Positions 8,534 through 18,084 of a stretch of DNA of 60,529 bases are shown one piece after another. Origin of the DNA: an uncultured virus (IMG/VR IMGVR_UViG_3300032282_004613) (Duplodnaviria; Heunggongvirae; Uroviricota; Caudoviricetes); IMG/VR virus record IMGVR_UViG_3300032282_004613, one strand, 5' to 3'. The notes beneath the pieces are model-generated. The model ran no database searches. It was not told the origin of the DNA and was given only the letters and a program-made list of their open reading frames with translations. Each line of letters starts with the position of its first letter. Within the stretch, counting starts at the first letter, position 1. The translations under genes were made by a program, and so were the position numbers.

Positions 8534-9379
8534 ATGAAAAAATTTTTATTAGTTACAGGTTTAATATTAATATTAATATTATTCTGTACTATAATGTTAA
8601 ACGCTCAAGTGTCATCTTGGAGAAATAATCCTCCACAACAAAGAACTGAAACCCCAAGAGTTCAACCATCTGCACCACAACAACAAAACAATGTGAGTCA
8701 ATGGAGAACACAAACTGCACCAATTAGACCCGGCGATAAATATGAATTACCGCAGCCAACTAGAAGAGTACGTGTACAAAATTGGAACAGACAAAACCCA
8801 TATGGTTATTATTTTGGTACATATGGGTGGTATCAACCTTTTCCATATATTTGGTATGATGATCTTGGGTGGAGACAAAGAAGTGTAATTCATGTATATG
8901 AAAATGGTAAAAGAGATACTGTTAGAAAAGAATCGATTTACACATCTTTCGGTTTAGGGTATACTAATAACAAGCAAGTGTCTTTCTCTGGCGTATTGGG
9001 TGGAAAGAAAGGGTATTTTATTTTAGATTACACAATGTCTTATGATATTGATCAGAATCAATTTTACCCATATGGTAGAATTAACGAGGTGGATTTTCCA
9101 TTAAGTAAAAATGATTTTATTAAACAGGGAACAATATATCTCGGCGGAGGTAAAAGGATTGGTAAGTTGGGTGTACATGGAATGGTTGGTTTTGGTAATG
9201 AAAATATTAGATACCAAGGTAAAGATGCTCTTGGCGGTATTTCATTTCCTAAATCAAACGCTAATTTTATAACATTTAAAATAGGATTAATAAAAGATTT
9301 TAAAATTTTTACTTTAAAACTAGATAGTGATCCGATAAGAAGATATACACAAATTGGAATTGGTTTGAACAATAAATAA
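8534..9379 (+). CDS. Probable outer-membrane beta-barrel with disordered Gln/Pro/Arg-rich N-terminus
   Basis: Signal peptide; C-terminal ~150 aa of alternating Gly/aromatic strands. Confidence 0.5.
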   Translation: MKKFLLVTGLILILILFCTIMLNAQVSSWRNNPPQQRTETPRVQPSAPQQQNNVSQWRTQTAPIRPGDKYELPQPTRRVRVQNWNRQNPYGYYFGTYGWYQPFPYIWYDDLGWRQRSVIHVYENGKRDTVRKESIYTSFGLGYTNNKQVSFSGVLGGKKGYFILDYTMSYDIDQNQFYPYGRINEVDFPLSKNDFIKQGTIYLGGGKRIGKLGVHGMVGFGNENIRYQGKDALGGISFPKSNANFITFKIGLIKDFKIFTLKLDSDPIRRYTQIGIGLNNK

Positions 9380-10767
9380 TGAAAAAATATATTATATCTT
9401 TATTAATATTATGTTTCATTGGTTTTAAATCATACGGTCAAATATATACGCAAACATTTATTGATAAATGTACTGGTGAAACAAAAATTGCAACAACAAC
9501 ATACGTTAATGGTAATGCTGTTGTTTCTTTTTATAATCAAGTAAAAACATTTTCACCAACTCAAGTACAAAGTGGAGAATTACAAACTTGGTTGCAAACA
9601 ATATATAACGATTACAGTACTAGGGCATGCCCAACTAGCCAGGTTGTACAACAGACAGTGACCGCCGCGGTATCACAAGCGGCATCACAAGCAGCGTCAG
9701 CAGCAGCAAGTTCAGCAGCATCGGCTGCCGCAAGTAGTGCGGCGAGTTCTTCGGCTAGTTCAGCCGCTAGTTCATCAGCAAGTAGTGCCGCTAGTTCATC
9801 ATCATCTACCGCAGCATCTTCAGCGGGCTCATCAACTTCTAGTTCGTCGTCAAGCCAAAGTAGTTCGTCTAGTTCGTCTAGTTCATCATCTGAAAGTAAA
9901 TCAGAAGGTAGTTCATCTAATTCCTCAGAATCAAAATCAGAATCAAAATCAGAATCAAAATCAGAAAATAAAAGCGAAGAGAAGAAAGAAGAATCTAAAT
10001 CTGAAGAGAAAAAGGAAGAAAAGAAAGAAGAAAGTAAGGACGAGAAAAAGGAAGAAAAAAAAGATGAGAAAAAGGAAGAAAAGAAAAAAGAAGAAAAGAA
10101 GAAACAACTTTCAGCAAACCCGATGTTATTCGCATCAGATTTAACCGGAGCACAAGGTAGTGATAAAAAATATAATATTGTTCTTTCTTTAGGTATTAGT
10201 AAATCATCGATGGCTGGTGATGAAAGTTTTAGTGGAACAGCGTTAATTTGGAGTAATTTAAGACAGTTTGCGTTTAGTGGCGGATATACTAAAATGAAAT
10301 TTAAAAACGGCTCTTTAAATAGTATACATTCCTACTCAGCAACAGCGGCATATCTTGATGGTAATTTTATGGGACTGCTTGGTTATACCTGTATTAAACC
10401 AAACCCAAAATTCGGTACATACGGATATAATGTGGGTATGGTAAACTTAATGACTAAAAGTGTTATTCAAAAATATGATTACAGTTTAATTACTTCGGCT
10501 GTTGTATTTTGGACGAAACCATATCAATATTCAAAAAAATTAACATTTTCGCCGCAAGTATTCATTATGACTTCCCCATTGTCATATAACACTTTTACTG
10601 GTAATACAATGATTAATAGACATGCTGGGTTTTTACTAGGTACATCTATTGATTATAAAATAAGTAAAAGATTCGGTTTTAGTTTTAACTATAAGTTTAG
10701 CGGGTCGACAGCGAAAGAAACACCAATTTTACACAACTTTTTAATTGGATCTAGGTTGATTTTGTAA
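9379..10767 (+). CDS. Exported protein: N-terminal domain, Ser/Ala and Lys/Glu linker, probable C-terminal beta-barrel
   Basis: Signal peptide; long low-complexity linker; amphipathic strands ending FLIGSRLIL. Confidence 0.55.
   Translation: MKKYIISLLILCFIGFKSYGQIYTQTFIDKCTGETKIATTTYVNGNAVVSFYNQVKTFSPTQVQSGELQTWLQTIYNDYSTRACPTSQVVQQTVTAAVSQAASQAASAAASSAASAAASSAASSSASSAASSSASSAASSSSSTAASSAGSSTSSSSSSQSSSSSSSSSSSESKSEGSSSNSSESKSESKSESKSENKSEEKKEESKSEEKKEEKKEESKDEKKEEKKDEKKEEKKKEEKKKQLSANPMLFASDLTGAQGSDKKYNIVLSLGISKSSMAGDESFSGTALIWSNLRQFAFSGGYTKMKFKNGSLNSIHSYSATAAYLDGNFMGLLGYTCIKPNPKFGTYGYNVGMVNLMTKSVIQKYDYSLITSAVVFWTKPYQYSKKLTFSPQVFIMTSPLSYNTFTGNTMINRHAGFLLGTSIDYKISKRFGFSFNYKFSGSTAKETPILHNFLIGSRLIL
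9661..10105 (+). repeat. Coding low-complexity repeats (SSAA, SESK, KKEE)
   Basis: Tandem gaatcaaaatca units and aaagaagaa-type units are visible. Confidence 0.85.
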
Positions 10768-10790
10768 TAAAATTATGGTATATTAATACC

Positions 10791-11528
10791 ATGAATATTT
10801 TAGTAATCGGTGATACGTGTACTGATGTTTTTATTTATGGTGCATGTGACAGAATTTGTCCAGAAGGTCCAGTACCTATTTTTAAACCCATTAAAAGGGT
10901 TGAAAATAAAGGTATGGCAGGAAATGTTTATCAGAATTTATTATCATTAAACATTGATAATGTTGATATTATTACAAATCATGAAACAATAGTTAAAACA
11001 AGATACGTCGAAGAGAAGTCAAATCATTTAATTGTTAGAGTTGATGAAAACGACACTGTTGATAATAGTTTCAATATAAACGATATTGATTTTGAAAAAT
11101 ATGACGCTGTAGTTGTTGCAGATTACGATAAGGGATTTTTAACAATTAACGATCTCATTGCGATATCTAAATCACATGAATTAACTTTTTTAGATACAAA
11201 AAAAATTTTAGGTAAGTGGGCAGATAATTTCACATTTATTAAGATAAATGAATTAGAATGGAGTAATTGTGAAAAAGCGGGACTTGACTATAATTACTGG
11301 AAAGAAAAATTGATTATTACTAAATCTAGTAAAGGTTGTTTATACAATAATTTTATTTACCCTGTTGAAAGCAATTTAGATGTTAGGGATATAAGTGGTG
11401 CTGGTGATACATTTATGGCAGCATTTTCGTGCTCATATGTTAAAACATTAGATATGGTTGTTTCATTAAAATTTGCCAATAAATGTGCTAGCACAGTCAT
11501 ACAAAAAAGAGGGGTTAGTACTCTATGA
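10791..11528 (+). CDS. hldA: Heptose-7-phosphate kinase (HldE/RfaE domain I, PfkB family)
   Basis: ILVIGD..D.FIYG.CDRICPEGPVP, DYDKG and DISGAGDTF motifs. Confidence 0.8.
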   Translation: MNILVIGDTCTDVFIYGACDRICPEGPVPIFKPIKRVENKGMAGNVYQNLLSLNIDNVDIITNHETIVKTRYVEEKSNHLIVRVDENDTVDNSFNINDIDFEKYDAVVVADYDKGFLTINDLIAISKSHELTFLDTKKILGKWADNFTFIKINELEWSNCEKAGLDYNYWKEKLIITKSSKGCLYNNFIYPVESNLDVRDISGAGDTFMAAFSCSYVKTLDMVVSLKFANKCASTVIQKRGVSTL

Positions 11529-11941
11529 AAAAAGTTTGGATAAATGGATCTTTTGATATTTTACATATCGGTCATATCCGTCTTATCAATTTTGCTAAAT
11601 CCTTTGGTTCTGTAATGGTGGGTCTAGACACCGATCAACGGATCTCTGAAAAAAAAGGACCATCTAGACCATTAAACACACTATCTGATAGGGTGGAATT
11701 TATATCTAATATCAATGGGGTTAACTCTGTTGTGTCTTTTAGTTCAGATTTGGAACTTTCTAATTTAATTAAAGAATATAATCCGGATTATTTTGTCATT
11801 GGGGACGATTATTTGGGTAAACAAATAATAGGTTCAGAATATGCTAAAGAAATTGTATATTTCAATAAAATAAATGGTTATTCTACTACCGAGTTAATTC
11901 ATAAATGTAAAAACGATGTTACAAAAACCAGTCATTACTGA
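11525..11941 (+). CDS. hldC: Heptose-1-phosphate nucleotidyltransferase (HldE/RfaE domain II)
   Basis: NGSFDILHIGH (HIGH motif), KG.SRP.N and GYSTT. Confidence 0.8.
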   Translation: MKKVWINGSFDILHIGHIRLINFAKSFGSVMVGLDTDQRISEKKGPSRPLNTLSDRVEFISNINGVNSVVSFSSDLELSNLIKEYNPDYFVIGDDYLGKQIIGSEYAKEIVYFNKINGYSTTELIHKCKNDVTKTSHY

Positions 11942-12287
11942 ATGTTGCAAAATCCCAAAAGGGTGGGGTCACGAGTTAATTATTGAAAATAATGAAATGT
12001 ATTGTGGTAAGGTTTTAGTTTTTAAATCAGGTTGTAAATTTTCAATGCATTATCATTTATTAAAAGATGAGACATGGTATGTTAATAAGGGTGAATTTAC
12101 ATATAGATTTATTGATACATCAGTTGGTATTACACATGAAACACATTTAAAAGAAGGTGATGTTGTTAGGCAAAGGCCAGGTCAACCACATCAATTAATC
12201 GCACTAACTGATGGTGAAATTTTTGAAGTGTCTACAACGCATTTTGATGAGGATAGTTATAGAATATATAAAGGAGACATAATATGA
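11916..12287 (+). CDS. Cupin, sugar isomerase-like
   Basis: KGWGHE, SMHYH..KDETWYV, H.L.A and EVST.H cupin motifs. Confidence 0.75.
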   Translation: MLQKPVITECCKIPKGWGHELIIENNEMYCGKVLVFKSGCKFSMHYHLLKDETWYVNKGEFTYRFIDTSVGITHETHLKEGDVVRQRPGQPHQLIALTDGEIFEVSTTHFDEDSYRIYKGDII

Positions 12288-12688
12288 AAGAAAGAAGATT
12301 TTTACCAACATTATCAGAGTTAATAGATAGGTTATCTATTGTACAATTAAAAGAAGTTAAAATTCCAGAACACAAAACAGAGTATGCTCAGGAAATTTCT
12401 GATATTGTTCATGACATTCAATTAATAATGAATGAAAAAGATGTTGTTATAACAGCAGAATTATTAAGGGCGGTAATTGTTTGTGCTCAAATGAATGCAC
12501 ATATTTGGTATAATGAGACCAACGTTAGAAGTGGTGTTTCTGGTCCAAGTATGTTAGCATTAACCCATGGAATAAATGGAATTAGAAATACTGCAAAAAA
12601 TAAAATACAAGAGGTTGTTGGGGGTAGGAAAGATTATAAAATTGATTGTATTGCTGCGGACTTCAAAGATTGGGAAGTTAGTTGGTAA
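12284..12688 (+). CDS. Hypothetical helical protein
   Basis: 134 aa, translationally coupled; SELIDRLSIVQLK resembles proteins found in glycan clusters. Confidence 0.6.
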   Translation: MKERRFLPTLSELIDRLSIVQLKEVKIPEHKTEYAQEISDIVHDIQLIMNEKDVVITAELLRAVIVCAQMNAHIWYNETNVRSGVSGPSMLALTHGINGIRNTAKNKIQEVVGGRKDYKIDCIAADFKDWEVSW

Positions 12689-13460
12689 TTTTATTTTTTA
12701 AATTGTCTATTATTGTTTCTGCAATAACTTTATGGCAATTTAAAGACATATGGTGATCAGGTGGTGGATCTGAACCTAAATTTTTATAATCTGATTTTAT
12801 AAAAAACTCCTGATTCATATCCATTAATGATTGAATACAACTGTATGTAAAGTTTTTATAATTTATTTTTAATAAATTATCAAGCAATATCGGTTCGTTT
12901 CTAAAATTTTGAATATAGTCATTTGTCCATGACAGTATTATAAATTTTATATTTTTGGATTCTAAAAATATTGACAAATCTTTTATTTTATTTATAATTT
13001 GTTTTTTTAAATCCATATACCAATCATCTACATCTATATTATTTTCAATAAGATACTCTCTAAATATTTTACTTTCATTATTATCATCTAAGTGTAATGC
13101 TGATCCGCATATATACCTTTCTTCGTTTTTATAAAAATAATTATAAACAGATCTTGCTGGTTGAGTTGTTTGTAAAATGACAACTTTTACATCATCATTA
13201 ATGTTTTTATAAATAAATTTAATTGATTCGTCATCAGATCCGCCATTGTCTGGTTTTACTATTTCAGCGCAATTAAAATATGTTGACACTAATTTAGCGT
13301 ATCTATTTTCTTTTATATAAGAAATATGTTGTTCTGTTAAATATGAACGAATATATTGGTTACCTGGCATTATTTTAATATCTGAAAATCCGCCGTAATA
13401 TTGTAATCCTTGCCCCCAAGTAAAAGAATCTCCGCTAAAAATTATTTTATTATTTTGCAA
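12678..13460 (-). CDS. SGNH/GDSL-like protein
   Basis: FSGDSFTWG block I, NGGSD, C-terminal DHH.S...H..IA. Confidence 0.6.
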   Translation of the reverse strand: MQNNKIIFSGDSFTWGQGLQYYGGFSDIKIMPGNQYIRSYLTEQHISYIKENRYAKLVSTYFNCAEIVKPDNGGSDDESIKFIYKNINDDVKVVILQTTQPARSVYNYFYKNEERYICGSALHLDDNNESKIFREYLIENNIDVDDWYMDLKKQIINKIKDLSIFLESKNIKFIILSWTNDYIQNFRNEPILLDNLLKINYKNFTYSCIQSLMDMNQEFFIKSDYKNLGSDPPPDHHMSLNCHKVIAETIIDNLKNKITN

Positions 13461-14190
13461 ATTGATATAGTTTTTCAGATATAAAAATCATTCCGTTTTC
13501 AGATAAATGCATATCATGGTTATTTATTAATTTATTTTTAACTGTATAATCTAACATGGAATAATTTCCATCTATATTAAAGAAAGAACGTTTTTTTAAT
13601 TCATTAATTTGATCTTTATTTTTTAATTCTGGCCAAAACAAAAATACTATCTTACAATTTTTTTGTTTTACATATTCTGTTATTAAATCCACTTTATACA
13701 TTAGATCATTAAACGTTTCTTTTTGGTTAAACACATATTTTAAATATGTTTCATACGCTACTTTAATTTCTTTACGTATTTCATCATCAGGAAATATAGC
13801 ATTTATTCCGTTATCTTGAGATAAAATTTTATTATATGTTATTTCGTATTCTATGTTTAATTCTCCTGTACTTTCATTAATTGTTGGTATTGGATTACTA
13901 AAATATGGTTGGTGATCAACCCAACAATTAGTTATATCATGATAACACCCAATTCTATGTAAATGTGTTAATTGACAAAAAATAATTGAGTTGTTGAAAT
14001 TTTCTAAATTAATTGCATCATATATTTTTTTTAAAATAGAGGCATTGCTATGTCCGGGCATAGCAAATGATTTTGCTATTGTTTCCGAATCGACTTCTTT
14101 GAATAAGTCACTAACTAGTTTTGTAATACTAGGGTGACCACATGAGTACGAACAACCTGAAAATAATATTTTATTTTGCAATGAATTCAA
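13450..14190 (-). CDS. SGNH/GDSL-like protein
   Basis: FSGCSYS, A.PG.SN, C-terminal DMHLSENG. Confidence 0.6.
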   Translation of the reverse strand: MNSLQNKILFSGCSYSCGHPSITKLVSDLFKEVDSETIAKSFAMPGHSNASILKKIYDAINLENFNNSIIFCQLTHLHRIGCYHDITNCWVDHQPYFSNPIPTINESTGELNIEYEITYNKILSQDNGINAIFPDDEIRKEIKVAYETYLKYVFNQKETFNDLMYKVDLITEYVKQKNCKIVFLFWPELKNKDQINELKKRSFFNIDGNYSMLDYTVKNKLINNHDMHLSENGMIFISEKLYQFAK

Positions 14191-15454
14191 AAGGTTTTAA
14201 TGTTAAATTTGGAACAAAACTATAATGATAATTTTCTGTGTTACTTATTATTTCTTTTATTGATGAAAAATACATACCATGAATATCTTCATCACTTAGG
14301 TCACATAATTTTTTAATATGATTCATTAACGAATATAATACAAATTCTTTCTCAACGTATGGGTCAACGCGACCTGTAATCTCCTCGTATTTGTCACAAT
14401 ATAATTCTGAATTAAAAGAAAATCCTTGGGTTTTTAAAAATGAATAATAATCGGGACCATTAATACCACAAAACGGTGTAAAGGTTGCCAATGGTTTCCA
14501 CGTTTTTTCGCTTATCCATGTTCTATCTGGCGTACCAAAAAATGTTTCAATAAAAATTTCAAAATAAGATGAAATTTGTAACACAAGATTAGAAGTATGA
14601 AATCCAACTTGTCTTAATGTATAAATTTGATTTTTTTGCGATCTTTCAAACATCATAGCCATAAAATCAGTGTCCGCTCTTTCAACAACATCATCGGCCA
14701 TTGAATCGATTAATAATGGGAAATTTTTTGAGAACGGGTGGTTATACATATATTCAACTTCATAATCAGAATTATACATTTTTGCTGTTTCATTTATTGG
14801 AAAAATATTTAAATCAGGGAAAGATATTTTACCCAATTTATCATATCCATTTTCAAATAAAAATTTAACCAGTCGCCATCTTGTTAATTTTGGGTGGTGG
14901 TTCAAAAAGAAAAATCTATTTTGTTTTTTAAATTGTGAAGTTGATATTAGTGATCTTAAAAAATTAATATTTTCTGGCGGTAAACAATATGAATGCGGTT
15001 TATCATCCCAAAAAAATACATTGTAAGGGTCTATATTAATTATTTGAGCATTACATGTAAATAATATCCATCTAATATTTGGGTACTTAGCCATTATATT
15101 TTTCATTATATTATGGTATTTCTCGTTATAATACTCAATATATGAAAATTCAAAAATGATTTTATTTGTGTCTGGATTATCTTTTAACATCTTATCAATC
15201 CACACTTCCATGTTTGTAGATCTTTCCGGAGGTGTAAAATCATTATCGGTAAACATTGTTGCAATCATTAAATTATATATGATTACATTATCGTTGCTTG
15301 AATCTAGATATGATGAGATACTTTTTTTAACTAACCCAAGTTCAACCATTCTATTAAATTTTGAAAAAAATTTGTGGTGTGATACTGGCTCTTGCGATTC
15401 TTTAATTGTTCTTTCGTGCGCTTCAGTAATGTAAAACTTTATTTTTGCTGACAT
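14171..15454 (-). CDS. Putative glycosyltransferase-like protein
   Basis: F.FLN...K..R and EIFIET...ISEKTWKPL..F.PF motifs recall GT-B/GT10-like phage proteins. Confidence 0.45.
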   Translation of the reverse strand: MSAKIKFYITEAHERTIKESQEPVSHHKFFSKFNRMVELGLVKKSISSYLDSSNDNVIIYNLMIATMFTDNDFTPPERSTNMEVWIDKMLKDNPDTNKIIFEFSYIEYYNEKYHNIMKNIMAKYPNIRWILFTCNAQIINIDPYNVFFWDDKPHSYCLPPENINFLRSLISTSQFKKQNRFFFLNHHPKLTRWRLVKFLFENGYDKLGKISFPDLNIFPINETAKMYNSDYEVEYMYNHPFSKNFPLLIDSMADDVVERADTDFMAMMFERSQKNQIYTLRQVGFHTSNLVLQISSYFEIFIETFFGTPDRTWISEKTWKPLATFTPFCGINGPDYYSFLKTQGFSFNSELYCDKYEEITGRVDPYVEKEFVLYSLMNHIKKLCDLSDEDIHGMYFSSIKEIISNTENYHYSFVPNLTLKPFEFIAK

Positions 15455-16458
15455 AATTTTTCGTATTTTTCTTTTTCTATGTTTTTAAATTCACTAACAT
15501 TTATTGTTTTATCGTTAATGAATTCATTATTTACTTTTTCAAATAATCCTGAGTCGATTATATATCTAAAATCACCATATTGATTTAAATGGTCACCGAA
15601 AGACACTGGTTTTACGTTATAACTAAGATAACCAATTGTACCTATATTTTCTAACGCAAATTCATCGATTCCACCATATTCTATTCTATCGTTATTGTAA
15701 AGAATAAAATTATCCCAATCTATTAAATTTTTAAAACTGGCCCATTTATTTTTATTGTAAATTATGGATTCTCTCCAAATTTTTGGTAAAATAAATCTTT
15801 CATTTTTATCTTCAATTATCTTTTCAACTCCTTTTATTTTTTCAACATCAACCATATCTAAGCCATTCAAAAAACTATCCGATCTGTCAAAATTAAATCC
15901 AGTTAATGCAGAATTAAAAAATAAAAAAGAATATTTTATTTTTTTAACTTTAAGATAATTTTGTAAATTAATAATATCAAAATGATATTGAGCCGCTCTT
16001 TCACTAGGCGAACTATGTGATAAATTATCTAATAAAAAATTTCTTAGATTTTTATTTGAAATACTTTGTATTGTATTATATTGATTAGCAATATTAACAA
16101 AACCAAATTTATCGAACCCGACAGAATATAAAGTATCATTACTTTTTGTTCTCCAGGTATTCATGTCAAAATTCATGGTAACAAAACTAAAGTTTTCAAA
16201 AAAATCAATATCGTACATTGTTGTTACCCTAAACATACTCGACCATTGACAAACAACATATATATCATCAGTAGATACTCCTTTATTAATTAGTTTTTCA
16301 ACTGCGCTTATTGCTGACATTAATTGGTATTTACTACCAAGGGAACTACCTTGTAGGTTGTAAAACTTGGTATTTTTACAATATCCAAGATTTTGTAAAT
16401 CATGGAATGCTCTTGCTTGTTGACCATATGAACAACCTGTAAAAACAATATATTTCAT
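15439..16458 (-). CDS. SGNH/GDSL-like protein
   Basis: FTGCSYG, NL..SSLGS, VVCQWS..R and GDHLN motifs. Confidence 0.55.
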   Translation of the reverse strand: MKYIVFTGCSYGQQARAFHDLQNLGYCKNTKFYNLQGSSLGSKYQLMSAISAVEKLINKGVSTDDIYVVCQWSSMFRVTTMYDIDFFENFSFVTMNFDMNTWRTKSNDTLYSVGFDKFGFVNIANQYNTIQSISNKNLRNFLLDNLSHSSPSERAAQYHFDIINLQNYLKVKKIKYSFLFFNSALTGFNFDRSDSFLNGLDMVDVEKIKGVEKIIEDKNERFILPKIWRESIIYNKNKWASFKNLIDWDNFILYNNDRIEYGGIDEFALENIGTIGYLSYNVKPVSFGDHLNQYGDFRYIIDSGLFEKVNNEFINDKTINVSEFKNIEKEKYEKLCQQK

Positions 16459-17000
16459 CGGTCTCTTTTTTGTAATGTTGGTTTATCTGTTGGCCATTCC
16501 ATTTGATACTCTGGATCGTTCCATTTAACAACGCCTTGCTCATTTGCGTCCACATAACCATCTTTGTAAAATAGATTATAATGAAACATACAATCTGTTA
16601 ACGCATAATGTCCGTTTGCAAATCCAGGAGGAACTAATACTTGATTTCTATCCTTTTCAGTTATCATAAAAGATTCCCATTCACCATAAGTTTCTGATTG
16701 GGTTCTCATATCTAAAACAATTAAGTATATATCCCCTACCGCTGCTTGAACTAATTTCCAGGTCTTATTGTCATAATGTAGTCCTCTTAATACCCCTTTG
16801 TATGATTTTGAAAATCTACCGTGGATACTAATTTCACTTTTTTCATAATGAATGTGCCTCATTACTGGATGTTCTTCGCTATGGAAAGTGGTGAATATTT
16901 CACCTCTGTATTCGCGATAAATTGAAGGTGTAAAAATCGGTACTTGAAAACCAAATTTTTTTGATGGAGTTTCAATAAACTCATCCCATTTATTACTCAT
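16455..17000 (-). CDS. rfbC: dTDP-4-dehydrorhamnose 3,5-epimerase
   Basis: S.KGVLRGLH, KLV....G.I...LDMR..S.TYG.W, VPPGFANG and WNDP motifs. Confidence 0.9.
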   Translation of the reverse strand: MSNKWDEFIETPSKKFGFQVPIFTPSIYREYRGEIFTTFHSEEHPVMRHIHYEKSEISIHGRFSKSYKGVLRGLHYDNKTWKLVQAAVGDIYLIVLDMRTQSETYGEWESFMITEKDRNQVLVPPGFANGHYALTDCMFHYNLFYKDGYVDANEQGVVKWNDPEYQMEWPTDKPTLQKRDR

Positions 17001-17001
17001 A

Positions 17002-17970
17002 TTAAAAATTTTGTGCGTAACCTAAAGGAAAACCATTTCTAAATTCAGATGTCATTCTAGGGATCAATACTTGATAGGTCTTCATTAATTCTTTTATACC
17101 GTCATCTAATGTCCATTTTGGTTTCCATCCAGTTTTTTCAATTTTTTCGTTCGACACAATGTAATCTCTTTTGTCTGGATCTTCATAAAAGTCAGAATAT
17201 GTTATTGCAAAATCAGGTATAAATTCTTTTATTTTTTCTAACAGTTCTTGCTTCGATAGGTTGGCATCACTTAATCCAACATTATATACATTACTATTCA
17301 TTGTTGAATAATTTTCTAAGGAAAATGCAAATACATTTGCAACATCTTGAATATGTATAAAATTTCTTTTAAAATTTTTCTCAAATACGGTTATGTATTT
17401 ATCGGTCATTGCTTTGTATACAAACTCATTTACCAATAAATCCGTCCTCATTCTAGGTGACGATCCAAATACTGTGGCTAATCTAAAACATATCGCATTA
17501 GTATATTGTAATAAGATTCTTTCCGACTCACATTTACTTTCACCATAAACAGATATTGGATTTAATGGAGAATCTTCAGTGCAAAATTTATCGTCTTTCC
17601 CAATACCATATCCGCTATTAGTATTTGGGTACAGTATCATTTGTTCTTTAGAAATAAAATTAAGCAAGTTTTTAATTTGTGTATGGTTAACCTCCCAGGA
17701 TAACTTTGGATCTGCTTTACATGCTGGAAATCCAACAATTGCCGCCAACGGGATTATAACATCGTGTAACTCAACTTGTTGTTTTAATAAATTTTCATTT
17801 CTAATATCTCCATAAATAAAATTATATTTTGGGTTATAAGTGAATTGAAGTGGTGATAATTGTTTAAATAACAAACTATCAATAACGGTTACACTATGAC
17901 CAAGGTCTAAAAATTTTTTAGTGATTACGGAACCTAGGTATCCGGCACCGCCGGTAATAAGAATTTTCAT
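17002..17970 (-). CDS. NAD-dependent sugar epimerase/dehydratase
   Basis: Likely true start MKILITGGAGYLG at 17970; YGESK (YxxxK) motif. Confidence 0.9.
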   Translation of the reverse strand: MKILITGGAGYLGSVITKKFLDLGHSVTVIDSLLFKQLSPLQFTYNPKYNFIYGDIRNENLLKQQVELHDVIIPLAAIVGFPACKADPKLSWEVNHTQIKNLLNFISKEQMILYPNTNSGYGIGKDDKFCTEDSPLNPISVYGESKCESERILLQYTNAICFRLATVFGSSPRMRTDLLVNEFVYKAMTDKYITVFEKNFKRNFIHIQDVANVFAFSLENYSTMNSNVYNVGLSDANLSKQELLEKIKEFIPDFAITYSDFYEDPDKRDYIVSNEKIEKTGWKPKWTLDDGIKELMKTYQVLIPRMTSEFRNGFPLGYAQNF

Positions 17971-17995
17971 AGTATTAATATAAGGAAAATTATGG

Positions 17996-18068
17996 AAAAA
18001 ACAAACCCCCGAGATAGAAATCAGGGGGTTTTTCTTTGGCAAGAAACTAAATGTATCTCTACATTAAA
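17996..18068 (-). ncRNA. Candidate small antisense RNA (~65-70 nt)
   Basis: - strand reads TATATT box (18071-18076), AAUGUA-GAGA-UACAUU hairpin, UAGUUUCUUGCCA, then a terminator. The 5' half is complementary to the 696-731 leader. Confidence 0.45.
18003..18034. terminator. Intrinsic terminator (possibly bidirectional)
   Basis: aaaccccc...gggggttt stem flanked by A and T tracts. Confidence 0.8.
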
Positions 18069-18084
18069 CTAATATAGATAAAAA

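Noticed and set aside
781..10767. Host chromosomal DNA or chimeric assembly
   Set aside because: The genes carry the same TATTTAT motif as the capsid genes and share a repeat with the 18-kb phage region. Read-level confirmation was not possible.
17971..18042. N-terminal extensions in the ORF track (also 19448-19486, 20606-20695, 23620-23646 and 37654-37686)
   Set aside because: They run through terminators, promoter-like elements or neighbouring genes; downstream ATGs match the expected domain starts.
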